A stretch of 64,000 nucleotides of DNA, taken from the NCBI GenBank assembly GCA_002269645.1, contig NIVC01000712.1:248001-312000 (forward strand), in the 5' to 3' direction. Each line of letters starts with the position of its first letter. Within the stretch, counting starts at the first letter, position 1. This DNA comes from Macrostomum lignano (taxonomy: Eukaryota). The notes below the pieces were generated by a model, which had not been told where the DNA came from, searched no databases, and saw only the letters and a program-made list of their open reading frames with translations. This document shows, one piece after another, positions 28,881 to 42,000 of the stretch. The position numbers were made by a program, and so were the translations under genes.

Positions 28881-28934
28881 GCCCCGAGGAAACTGATAGG
28901 ATCTCTTGGTCATGTGAGTTTGGGTGGCAACAAG

Positions 28935-29045
28935 CTCAGCCAATCAGAAAATTCGACGTGCGTTATAACAAATCGGCTCAGCCAATCAGAATCGAGGTGT
29001 TCCATTATAACAAACTGCTGTCCAGTTGGCGGCTATTTAAACCGT
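28935..29045 (+). promoter_or_regulatory. Tandem CCAAT boxes followed by a TATA-like element
   Basis: CTCAGCCAATCAGAA...TTATAACAAA occurs twice at 42-bp spacing, followed by CTATTTAAA at ~29033. Confidence 0.4.
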
Positions 29046-29899
29046 GTTTTTGGCCCGCTCGGACCCAACCTGGTGCCGCTCTCTGGAACCTCCTGCTCCG
29101 CCTCCTGGGACTTTGGCCTAACTTAGACCTCCCGGAGCTTGACCGTCGTCTCTTGATCCCCGGATCGCGACACTCCCCGTCATCATCAAGGACGAATTCC
29201 CCCGGTTGTCAGCAGCAAACATCAAGGTTAAGATCATCACCTGCTGGCTATCTGCGAAGGTTGTGACATCAGCATCATTCCGGGTCCACAGCTGCGAAGC
29301 ACTAAGCCGATTCGGTCACTGTGGATTACCTGGTCTCCGGCTGTTGAGTTTCTGATTGGTTGGGTGAGAGGCTACCTGGACTTGCTTGATTGGGTGATCC
29401 CTTATCTGTCCCCTATTTCAGTAGCTGGATTAGGCGCACACTTTTGCTCATTTTGTTCAGCAGTGCTGTTATCGAGGCAGAAATCACTTAATAATACTAT
29501 TAGTAGTCTGAAACTCCAATTCAATCTGAAATGTGAAGTGATTTAAGGAGAAGGTTAAATCTGACAGTTATTTTTATCGGTTCTTACTTCTTTGTTCGCC
29601 GATGGCACAGATGAGTGGCTAAGCAAGTAGGCGCCGGTCACAGTGGAACCAATGGCAAGGCAGTTCTCAGTCGATCAATCTATCAAATCAGTGAGCAAAA
29701 TTGCCAATAGTGCAAAATCGGCGCTAGAGATGTACTCTGTGCACTCTAGGTTCGCCAAGCGGCTCGGATAATGAATCAGGCGGTCCCCGAAGACAGGCGT
29801 TTACCTATTATCCACACTTGGGATCCTGGGACTTAGGAGTTTAGAATCTTTACCAGCTAAAAGATTCCCCTATGCTGAGTCTGTTCCAGCACTAGACTG

Positions 29900-30900
29900 C
29901 TGAGGAGGAGCCCATGGATACCGGTGACCCCGACCCGAATATCATGGTGAGCGCCGAGGAAGAGTAGGAGGCCTCAACGCCCGATCTGCAGGGAACCTGG
30001 TGCTTGCAAATCAACACCAAGCACTGTGTGGCGGCGTCAGTCTTCCTGGTACGCAAGACAGAGCAACAGCTTTCTGACCTGGCCTTGATACAGGAGCCTC
30101 GTTGACTAAAGGTAAGCAAAAAAGGTACCATCTGGCTACCACCGCACTGTTTTTGCATAGCGGACTCTCAGCCTCGACCAAGATCTCTGATCTCTGCTGT
30201 TAATTTTTTGAGACATGGATGAGACCTGATTTCTCGACTGCGGACATCTGTATTGTCCAAATCAATAGCCTTCTTCCTAATAAACCCACTCTTGTAGTAT
30301 CCACCCTGTGCGTCAGAGCTTCGCCGAAGGAAGCTCAGTGCGGTAGAGTTAACTTACTTTTCACTCGAGAAGCAAGCAGCTCCTCGGGCCCTCTGCTGTA
30401 GCACTACCAGCTTTGAATCTTCGAATTCGACTACAACGTCCATCTCATCGGGCTGGCGCAAGGTAACATCATGTATGCAGGTGAAGCTCAAATGTATCAT
30501 GGGCCACGCTGGTTTTTTCGGCAACGAGTCTGCTGACCTGCTGACCAAGGCTGGCCTCCCCCAGCGCGCTTCTGGGAGCGGTCCAGGGGTCCCCATCCCC
30601 ATCTCGGTGATCAAAGCTTCCGCGTCAGGGGCTGAGCAGGACTCCGAGCATCTCCACAGATGGCACACGACACTTGGAATTTCAGGCCATCCCGTACTGC
30701 TATCCCCTATCCCTCTCCGTCCTGCGTAGAGCCCCCTTAGGCTCAACCGCAGGTAATCGCAGAGGCGTCAGGATATGGCTCTCTCTTCTCTTGCCAACGT
30801 TTTCTTCAGGGCCAGGTATCTGAGGAGCGATGCCCCTTCTGTCGCTCAGGCAAAGAGAACGCTAAGAACTTTATTTTTTTGAGAACCACGACGGCAGGGC
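29900..30900 (+). mobile_element. Degenerate, internally deleted non-LTR retrotransposon (I/LOA/R1 group): APE endonuclease, RNase H and C-terminal Cys relics; no RT
   Basis: Endonuclease motifs CLQINTKH...LALIQEP (30001-30098). RNase H QAAPRAL and VKLKCIMGHAGFFGNESADLLTKAG (~30370-30560). CPFC...E at ~30830. Multiple stops and frameshifts. Confidence 0.75.
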
Positions 30901-31895
30901 GGCCAGCGCCTGCTAACTGCGACGCATCTGGACCGCTTCCACCGCGAGAAATTTTCGGCGGCTGGCTTCAGAAAGGTTTCCTTCTCCACACAGCCTGCGC
31001 AGAGGTGAGGCGACCTGGGCTGCCTTGCTGGGTCTCCCAGTGTCCGACATCATGCGTATAGGAGACTGGATTGGAGTGATGCCGTGCAGCGCTACCTGCC
31101 TCAGTTTCAACAGGCTGCTGAGGCTACGATCTCCTTTGCTGGTGGAGTGGCCGCGCTCTTTTAATTTTTCTGTCTTCTCTTTTTTATCCCTGACTGCTTT
31201 ATTTGGGTTTTGGAGGCCGCTTCGCTTTGCTTTCGCTCTCGCTTTGGCCAATTTGCCGTCTTCTGCTTTCGTGGGGGCTGGTCACTAAATCTGCGACTGC
31301 TCGGTTTTATCAGGGCCAGGCTCACTCAGCTCGGGCGAAACCCACTTTGCCCGGACGCTTGCCCGGTAGCTCAGAGGTTGATTTCTTCTCCACTGAAGTT
31401 TGGGAGAACCGTGCTTTAGGCGAGAGCGACGGGTCCCCCCGAACGACATCACTTCTATGGGAGGATATTGTTGCTCGCCAGGGGCTAGCGGAATGGGCGG
31501 TCTGCGCTTTCACGCTGCATTCACGGGTCAATCCCATCCTGCAAAGTCAGCTAAGTCAAGTAACTCAAGTCATTGTCGCGACGTAAGTTATGGCTAGTAG
31601 GGAATCATTTATTTAATTAAACGTCCTCTTACTCTGCTAAAGCAGACCGATAATTCATTAGTTTAATTGATTCGATTTGGAAGCAAAAGCCACCACCAAG
31701 AAAGTACATGTACAGGGCAGGGACCCAGACACGAAGCAGAGGGTAGAAGGCAGATATGCGAGCTGTCCTCTGACATTAAAATGAAGGCAGATATGCTGTC
31801 CTCTGACATTAAAATGGGGGCAACGCAACTGGTTGCGTATGGAATAGCTAGGTAAATTAAGAAAAGGAAATTATTCCTAACTACTAAAAACTAGG

Positions 31896-32008
31896 AATCT
31901 AGAAACTACAAAAAACTGGGAATCTACGAGCGTAAAAACTACAAAAAACTTTGAATCTAGAAACTACAAAAAACTGGAAATCTAGAAACTACAAAAAAAC
32001 TGGGAATC
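31896..32008. repeat. 25-bp minisatellite (GAATCTAGAAACTACAAAAAACTGG), 4-5 copies
   Basis: Tandem units visible. Confidence 0.85.
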
Positions 32009-33014
32009 GGGCAACGCCAAAACCAGAAAAAAGGTTTATTATAGGGTGATAAAAACACCCTCAAAAAAAATTCATATAATTTGTTCCGCGAGAAAATTGA
32101 ATACAAAATGAAAAAAAACCTTAAAATAAAACACTACGAGCTAATCCAAGTGTAGATATTTTTGGCTTCTGAATGATTCATAAATGAAACGTAGTGATAA
32201 CTTTTAGTAAAAGTCTTTCTGAAAACTCTTATAATTAATCAATTCGATTTGTAAATAAAAAAATCTGAAGTAAAATGTATCTCAGTAATTCATTTTTTGA
32301 GTGTGCATGTATCATGTACAATATAAAAATATAACTAAAGAACTTTGCGGTAAATTAGTAAGGATTAATAAAAAAGCTATACCAAATGGCAGATAACGGA
32401 AAATATGTAAGAGAAGTACGAGCTAGCTATAAGTAGAAGGTTTAATGATCTTTTACGACGAATAATTAATATATAGCGATCTTAGCTATCTTTTTAGTAA
32501 ATATTCTATTAAAGAGTGAACACTACAAGCGTATTAGCCTCGACAGATCTTACGAGCTTTATGTGCAATTTGTGTGTACAAAAGGCTATTTACTTTCTAG
32601 TCCTTTTGTTTTTTTAGGTTGCAAAATGGTTTGCGACGTCACCTTTGCTGTTTGGTAACAACAAAAATTTTTCGTAATAGCTAAATTTCTAAGTAGCTAA
32701 TCGGTAAAGTTTTATCTGGATATTAAATTCAATGAAAACTAGCTAATTCACGTTTTCAAAATAATCAAAGCGGAGCATTTTTAACTCTAGCTATTCCTAA
32801 AACCGACTTATGTATAAATACTTTAACGTCAACTTCTGAGTTCTGAAGATATCAACAGACGACTCGTATATCAAAATGGAGTAACGTTAAAAAGACCGGT
32901 TAAAACTAAAGCTCGCGTTAGTAAACAAACTCAAAATAGCTGTTTAGCACACATGTAGCTCGCAAAAAAATAATGGCTATAGTTGTTGGGAAGAATTAAT
33001 CCACTCAAAAACCT

Positions 33015-36000
33015 TCACTCGTTAGCCCAGGCAAAAACCACTGACCAAAGACTGCAGGCGTGCTTGCCTTCCAGTGAGCTGGGCAGATCCTGGAATGCAA
33101 CCTCGTACACAGCGTCAAAATCTGCCATCTGGTTGAGGGGGTGCTCCTGCAGGCTGGTTGGCAGACTGCGCAGCTCCAGCCGAATAAGACGATGCAGCAT
33201 CTCTAATAGAAGGCTGCGCTTGTTCTTCAGCCCAGGTGGCAGCTCTTGCAGTTGTTCTTGACTCAGTGGTTCAGCCTGTTCGGTATCGTATGGTTCAAAG
33301 CCGTCCTGCGCCAACTGTTTCCAACGTAAATGGTCAAGTGACATCCACAGCAGACGCGTGTGGGCAATGGTCACTTGGCGCTTTAGGGCGTCTGTCGGTA
33401 GGCCGCTATCCATGTGCAGCGTATTTTGCATAAAGTCGTCAAGCAGTTGACTCGGATTCGAAGGCGTCAGAGAAATTAAAAAGTTGATAACAACCTTCAG
33501 CGAATCGTCCAGCAGAGCAGTTAGAATTGGCGTCGGCAGATTGCACTGCAGAGCATTCTCTAATACATTGTCCTTTTGTTCAGTCTGTTGAAAAGGAAGT
33601 GTAGCAATGACAAAGTGAGAGGGGAAGCTTAGTGCTCTGATGTATTTAGATAGGCTATTGAATTTCGAAGCAAAACATCATCTGATTTACTAAAATTGAA
33701 TTAAATCTAATCATCCATGCTTAAGTTAAGCTCGTAGTATTTTTGGCTTATGACTATACAGTATGACTAAAATCAATAAGTGAAGCAAATAATATCTGAC
33801 CTGTTTTACACCAAAACGGTCTAGCTGCTTAAAGATCTCCATTAGATTGAAATCCTCGTTGTACACCATCTCAGGCAGGTAGCCACAAATTCTGGGCCGG
33901 CCGCGAACGAGTCGCTCTCTGAGCTGCTGCTGCAGGCCTAAGAAGTTGTACGTAACTTCAGTACTTGCTCCTTGCTTTAGTGAGTATGAAGAATTGGCAA
34001 GTAGCATTGGCTGCAGATCTCTGTCTGGATCGCAAACAAAAACACTTGCTTCGTCGATCAAACCAATCTTAACTGTATCTGGTTCGGAATTTTCACACGC
34101 ATCAATGACAGCGTTGTGCGCGTCAACAAGCAGTTGAATCAAACCAACTATGCATCGGCCCCACGGTTTGCGGTGCGGCAGCAGAGCAGCTGATGGTGTT
34201 TGTGAATCGAATCGAATGCTCCATTTTTCCACTGGAAAAGCAATCCACGACCAGCCATCCTGCTTCTGTTGCAAAAACCTGGCAGCTCTGTCTGCCAAGA
34301 GTTCATGCAATTCGTTCCATACTTCAACGAATATTTTTACTGCCTCTGAGCGACGAGTCTTGTATTGTCCAACATTTCGAAGCTTCATCTTTTTAGCTTC
34401 CTTTAGTTCACGGTTGTGTTTCCACTCGGAAACAAGTTCTTTTGCTAACTTAACCAGAACTGGAAGATGTCCACATGCTTAAGTATGTGCTGTCGTGCAA
34501 TAACCTCCTTAACTAGTTGGTAACGACCTTGTTCCTCTCCTCCGAGCTCAGTGAATGAGTGAGCAGCACTTCGTATGCTAATTTGCTGTCGATATCGCCA
34601 CAGCAGTCCGATTTCTTGCCTTGGCTCCATTTCAGAAGAAGTCTCGTGCACCAAGCGCATAATATTTGAGGCAGTTCTGGCGCCATCGTCCTGGCTCATC
34701 ACGCGATTCGACTCGCGAAGTTCAGATGAAAGAGATTCAACAATAGGTTGCAATAGGTTCCTGTAAATTTCATCTTCGAATTCCCTCCTGTCCTTATCTT
34801 TTGTCAAATCAAAATTTCTATTGACACTTTGAGAAGCACCAGCTGTAGCCAGGCGCTTCAAAACGAGATGAAGCGCATGGAATGCGTCCTCAGAGCTTCG
34901 ACCTGTCGCATCACAAAAGAGGTGCAAACCAACTTCAAACTCCTCTCTTCCGACATCCTTAAAGTGTTTTCTGCTGCCTGTTTCCGAGTTCGAATCGTTT
35001 CCGAGCTGTAGAGCAAGACCCATCATCATTCGCATCAAAGCGACTCCGCAACTCGGAAGGTTGCGCACCGGCTCCGGAATGCCGGTAGAAACAAAGCCCT
35101 TGCTTGTTCTATCCCCGGCCGTGTATTGCTCATTGCCATCTTCAGGTCTGTGATGAGTGCCGCCGATTTTGCTTCCACAATCAGGACACGCACTAGTTTC
35201 CATAGGGAGTTTGCACTGCAGCATTAATAATAAAATATTGGGTGGTTAAAAATGATTATTTCACTTTAATCGTTAGTAAACAAAACTTATACTTTCAGTA
35301 CCTCTCCGACGAAATACAGGTGTCCCTTCGGGCATTCTGGAAAGTAACATTTTTATAGCTTAGTTTAAACTTCAGTTTGTATTATTTAGCTACGGTGGAA
35401 TTTCACTGTACTATCTTACGGAAAGCTGCAGTCTTTGACATGCCAATGTCAACATTTGTCATCACTTCAAATAGAGTATCATGTGGCATCGCTGGTAGAT
35501 ACCATTTCTCGTAGTTTTGCCTCAGGGAAGACAAAAACTTTGCGTAAATTGAATTTCGACTCGAACTGTGTATCTCGTAGGCCAGGTGAATAAGTAACAC
35601 AGATTTGTGTGCCTCATTTTCTTTCGTTTTTCCCAGTCTCTCCAGCTGCGCGTAGCACTCCTGAAATAAGTTTTCAAACTGCTTTGCGTATAAATGGACG
35701 AGCAAACTATTTTGAATAATATTAAACTAAAACAGAAAGGAAACATACACGTTCGAACTAAAACTATAGAATTTCCCCATCATTAATTTACTCTTTGCCT
35801 GAAACCTCAGCGCCCGGACACCAAAATAACCTATTCGAAATGTAAATATTTCATGGTTAATAGTGCCAGAAACCCATGCTAGATCAAGCGGCAGACTTCT
35901 TAAGGCTGGGGAACAAGCCAAGGCACTTGCTTATACATGTAGTTTAAGCCAGGTGCTTAGACAAACATGCAAAACAAAAATTCCTTAAATGTCCCGACAA

Positions 36001-39000
36001 ACAGTCTCGCATATATAGAGACCCGGAAAGTTATTTGCCCTGACCCACGGCTTTGCTAACTAATTATTTAATCAGTCATTTAACTGATAAACTCGACCCC
36101 TTTGATTTCGTTGTGGGTCAGGCTCAGGTTAAGTATATAGCACGAAACTCTCCGGCGAAAAAGCTATCGGCAGCCGAACTGACAAGATTTCCATATTAGG
36201 TTAATATTGTGAGTATCTTGGTGCAACGCCTTAGGCGACATCGTCCCTCAAGAAGCGGTGCGGCAATTCTGCCCATTCTGCCAATTCCGATAATTCCGGT
36301 AACTCTTGAGCACATACGAGTGCGCGGATACGGCATATGTATGTAGCATGCAGTTCACAATTAATAGGTGTCTGCATTCCACCAACTTACCCTTGTGCCC
36401 TTTGACATAAGCTTCAGCATGTGTTTTTCGCATTCACTCAACTTCTTTTTGTTTACTTCCCCCTGAAGCCGGAAGTTAAATGTAGCGACAACGAGAGCAA
36501 TAACAGCATTTGAATCTCTAACGGCAGACGGCGTCTGAAATGGTTTGTTAAAAATATACTATTAGTTTTTATATCATTATTATGTCTTAAGCGTGACGAA
36601 CTTGCAAACGAAATAAAATCTCTAGTGCCTATTAATGTGACGTAAAAGCTTAGCACATCAATGAGTAAACTATACCTCGGACTTGAAGTCTCCAGTTAGA
36701 TATAAATTCCAAAGATACTGTTTCAACCCCCTGTAGGCTTCCGAGTGACTATGCAGTAAGTCGGGCGCCCACGTTCCATTGTCCATTTGGTGCAGCTCAT
36801 TGTTGTAGGCCTCTGCGAGACACGGGTCGGTCTGAATGCGCTGCAGGGTGGCGCAGGTTCCACCTGCCATGCATAAGCAGCGCAAAAAGTAAATCCTAGA
36901 CCACCTGTGCTCGCTTAGCGTACGAATTAGGATAGTCGCATCGTCGGTACTCAAAAGATTTCGGACCGTTCCTTCGGTTGCTAATTCAGCTAAACGACAG
37001 GCCAACCTGAGCAGATCCACTCGCCACTCAGCCATCGCCTGAAGCTGAGGAATTAAAACCGTCTCGACAGACTCACTATTGGGTAGCTCAACCCTAGGCA
37101 TTGACAAGTTAACAACTTTATTTTTGGCTTGTTCCATGGCAACGGAATCCTCGAGGCAATTTAGTAAAATGAGTCGAAGTTCAGATCTGAAGATGAAATT
37201 GAAATGGCAAAACATTGATAGACTTAAAATTACTACAATATAGTAGTACTGGCACTCGAAAATACAAGTATGCAGCTTACTTGCTTTCCGCACCGACTTT
37301 CTCATCGGCGCCAAGGATGTGCTCCTCTAATCGTTGAACCACCTGGTCTGAGTTGTAGCGCATTAACTGCTGCAGCACGAACGACCTAAACATTGGCGAC
37401 TCATCCTTGTCGTTACTGAAGTAACCCATGACATTCCCGTCACCACCAGAGCGGGTTACGTAGCTTAGAAGATGATTGCACAGTTCTGAATCAGGTGGCT
37501 GACCTTCAACAAAACACAACGTTGAAACAACTTCCATCACAAATGAGTTGCATCGATCTTTAAACTTCACTAGTACATCCGGCTTTTCATTGTTAATTGT
37601 ATTAGGATCAAACGGAGTTTGACATTTTATGCAGACAAACGGCGCGCTCTGGATGCACTTGTCCCTGCATTGGTCACACAGTCGATCATTGCATGGCAGG
37701 CGGGTTAGGCTGTCAGTGCGGTTTGTGCACTGTGAGCAGGTGTCTGTTCTGGAATGCAGTAAGTTTGGTTTCGAGTAAAATTTTAGCAAAAAATGGCGCA
37801 AGTTTGGGTCGTCAAAATTCTTTAAACTTTATATACGAAGTAACTTTATTACGAGTACTACTAAGTGAAAAATAGAACTAAACTCTGAATAGTACAACAG
37901 GTCCTTAGACCATAACACTCGCACGGCCTACTATGGTAAAAAATTAAGCCTTACCCCATGGAAAATTCAAGCAATTCCTCTCGATTTTTCTCAAGAAACT
38001 TTTCAATTTCTTCGATTCCAGTTTTATCTTGAAATTTCACGGCTGCAGAGGACCACAAGCTCTAAAAAGTAATCAATTTTAAGAGTTTATATTATGATAC
38101 TAGAATGACATACAGTTATCAATGCGAATATTAAAAGCAACAATTTTTTTAGTTTTAACCTACGTTCCATAGGCGAATGGGTTTTATCGTTGACTCATTC
38201 AGCTCTTCATTGTCGAAGGGCATCGTTACATTTCGAAGAAAGAGGGCCACGCAGTTTATCTTGTCCCATTGCAACTGCATTTGCGGATTTTCCAGCTCAG
38301 CTAGGAGTCGCACGATAATTGTCCTGGACTTGTCCACCCTGGACAGCCACTCTTTTCTTTTTTGTGCTTTGTTCAATTCGTGACGAGATTTCTCGAAGTG
38401 TTTGGCGAATGCATTGAAAAGTTCCTAAAGCGGAAGTGAATAAAAAGATTTTGACTGCTGTTGTATTTAACTTCAATTGGTTTCTTCCGGTTTTAGTGAT
38501 AGCCTAGATATTAATTAGTTCTAATAAGTTTTCTGGCATGTCTTGTCTTACAACAAATTAGTTCTTACCGATGGTAAGTCTTGAAAGTTCTCAACTTTTT
38601 TTAGGTTCTTGGCCAGGTCGCCAATCCGCTGCGTTAATTTCACGAATATGTTTACATGCTCAATGTGCTTTTTCAGCGATTTAAATGCCTGAAGAATCGT
38701 GTCTGCAAGAGTTTGCTCCTTACGCTGCTCTTTTAACACACTTTTCACTGTCTCCTGCAAAACTGCTTGCAACGCGACCACATCGGAACTTGTGATTGAA
38801 GACACACAAATGTGCAGGATGTCGTGACAGAAAGCTTCAAGTAAGAAATCCGAACTCTTTTCTTCGGCCAGTGCCTGTCCCATAGGTGAATCACGGATCG
38901 ACAGATTTCCAGCATTGCTTTGTTCTTCAAACTTTTCCAGCCGCTTAACTATCGCCCAAGAAAACGGAAACTGGGAAGCGAAGTGATGCCCATCCGCTGC

Positions 39001-42000
39001 TGAGCTCGGCACCTCCACGCGCGCCTGTTCAACTGGTCCGACTTTCACGAAGTTTTCGATTGTCTCGTCAAACATGGCAGCGTGTGGAGCCAGCTTCAGC
39101 CATAGGGCTCGGGTCTCTTCACGCTGGTAGTTGGCCAGATTCTCGTCCGTATCGGCAAAGGCTATAAAGCTGGCCAGAGCTGGTGCCGTCTTTCGTCTGA
39201 GCAGACGCCAGGTGCTCTCACTGAAGGATTGGAAGGGCTGCTTGTAATTATTTCGAGTCGTTTAAAATTTAAGGATAGCTACTTTTCTAGCTCAAAACTT
39301 TAGACCTTTCATTTTAAACCTATGATACAGATTTGAAAAGGTTAGGTATATGTTGGATCCCTAAGGCCGGTTTACACTATCAACGGGCCAAAGAGTGCTC
39401 AAACCAATTTTAAAATGGGTTTGAGACACTTTTACTTAGATTTGAGAAATCTTTGGCCGATGCAAAATGGGCAGACGTGCAGGCTACGAAGTTGCACTGC
39501 GTAAAGTCGACCTAAACGAATTAACACTAAAACGATAAAAGGAGCATACAAAAAGCCTTGAACAGGAGCCCCCTAACAGCCCCTTAACAGCAGTCACGAT
39601 AGCAAGTTGGACTCCGGTGGTTGGTAATGGCAATCCAATGATAAATAAAAAGAAGAGAAGGTAGAGCGAAATACACGGACGAGTTTCGCGAGGTTGATCA
39701 CCAATAGTGTTAATTTCTGCGCTTTTGTTCAATTCACAAGTCTTGAGCACGAGCCATATATTATAATCAGTAGACCGATACAGTAAGCTATAGTAAGATT
39801 CTCCAGCAAATAGAATTAAGTCAAAATGCTGATGGGTAAAAATGTAAAAATGTGGTTCAATTGGGCGTTAATCTAGATACAGGCTCGATGAAAACTTACA
39901 TAAAAGTTCCAGCTTCTTTGACTTTTCTACTCGATGCAGCATCCTCGGACAGCCAATTTTCCGGCGAAATTATTGACCTAGAGTTTTCGTCCATCGTTCT
40001 TAAAGCCTTGTGCAAAAATACTCGAACAGTTTGTAGGAAATCTTCATCTAAAAGTTAGTTTAATTGGATATGCGTGTTTTTCTTACCAAACAATTTGAGT
40101 TTATTTACTACTTCCCCATAACAAATAACGAAAATCCATGCTCTTACCTTTAAGTGCATTAGAGACGGTCTCGTTTCTATCAGTAAGCTTGTTCCCCTTG
40201 CCTTGCTTTTCTCTTAAAATGCTTAAAGCTGGAAGAAGGGTCTTCTGAAGCAGTAGTCGCAAGTTTACCGGCGCTTTTATTCCGAGCATGAGTTCTTGAC
40301 TGCCCACTGCAGGTAGTTCAGGAATTGGCCTTTCAAAGAGCTCAGGAACAGTAAGCCTATCTAGCATCGGAATGTTAATTCTGTGTGAAGAAACGAGTTC
40401 CTCGATGTGCACGCAGTGCCACAGGCCACAATCGAGTCCATTAAAAGGGTTAGAGTGCGATCGAATCAACTTGATGATTAAAACAATTTGCAAAGATGTT
40501 GAATCACTGCTGGTTTTGCCTGACGTGGGTTCCATGTTTCTCTTTTCGGCTAAATACATTTCTTCGATGTTAAACTTGACACTAGACACGACCTTCTGAA
40601 AATTCTGGTTTTGCTGCAAGCCTTCGTACTGCAGTATGAGTAGACCTTCGCTGGTCATGCATTTGCGTAGAAATTCTTTGAACTGCAGTTCCGTCTCAAA
40701 CTGACTGATGTTTTTATACGTGGCACCCTTGAAGATAGGCATCTGACTGAGTGTGGCCTGTTCATTCGCGCCAAGTATGCTATCGTAAGTCGTAACTTGA
40801 AGGAACGGCTTCTTTAGCTTGTAGTTATTGAGGAAGGATGCAAGGCACCCGAGGCCATTTTCTTCATAGTAAGAATTCAGAATACCAGCCTTTTCGTCGC
40901 TCAGAGAAGTTGACGCAAGCCGTATCAGGCTATCAGGCGTGGCGGTAGACAAAACCCTGCGCTTTACGCTGTCAAAGTCACAGTTTTCGTCGATAGCCAG
41001 AGAGGGGATGACATCGTCATGGTAGCCCACAAATGACCATGACAAAGCGCTGTCTCCTTTCTCCTCCTGAGAAAGAAATCTGTTCATCCACTCTTTAAAC
41101 TTTTCACAGAATCCCAGCATATCAGGCTCCAGTATTGTTCTCCACGTGAGCCGGTGCTTTTCAAGTCGATTCAGTAGCGGTATTGGAAACAGATCTTGCA
41201 CTGTTTTGCCATCGGCTATGACAATTATTCTAAAGTCTGGATGAATTTTTGACTTTAGTCGGTGCGTACCTAGTCCAATGTCAACAAAATAATCTTGACC
41301 CAGCTTTTCATAACACAGGTTCAAAACGTCGTAAAGGGATTCATACAAATTTTCTAGGTTCATTAAAACAACTGTGCCTCCCCTTTCCATGCACTGCTTT
41401 ATGCGGTTGATGTTCAAACAAATGACAGAATAATCTTGATCTTTAGGAAAGCTACTACCGAACAAAATATGCAAATCCTGCTCTGCGAGGAGACGTTTTA
41501 AAACCTTGAAGCCAGATGCGTTCTCTGTAATAAACAAAATATATCGTTGGTCTGGCCCAGTGGCTTTCAGGGCGTCTTTTATGATCAAATTTGAGTCGAT
41601 AAAAATTCTGTCGCTACGAAGGATCTCATCGAAGAAAAAATGAGTTGGATCAAAGTCTTCCAATCCACTAAAGTTTCTTTGTAAGCAATAAGCCACGTCA
41701 ATGTCTTTGAGTTCAAGCCGTGTGTCTCTGGATTTCTGAGCTAAATGTTTTACTGCACTAAAGTAGTCCCGCAATCCAAAAAACTCGCAGTTTAATCTAC
41801 CCCCGTTGAAAAGTAGATGGAAAAAGTCTGTCAAATTACGCAGGTTCTTGCTTTCTTGTACAATCGTATCTTTGCAAATGCCTTTTGCCGTTTTTAAGAG
41901 GTCCGACTTCGTTGGCACATCACGCAGTACGAACAGGCCTCGGTTCATCTTTGCGGGGTCTAAAGCCCAGTTTGAGATGCCAATGAATCCAATTCTCTCA

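Noticed and set aside
39362-39385. Harbinger-like terminus GGCCGGTTTACACT in an RNF213 intron
   Set aside because: No matching inverted end nearby.
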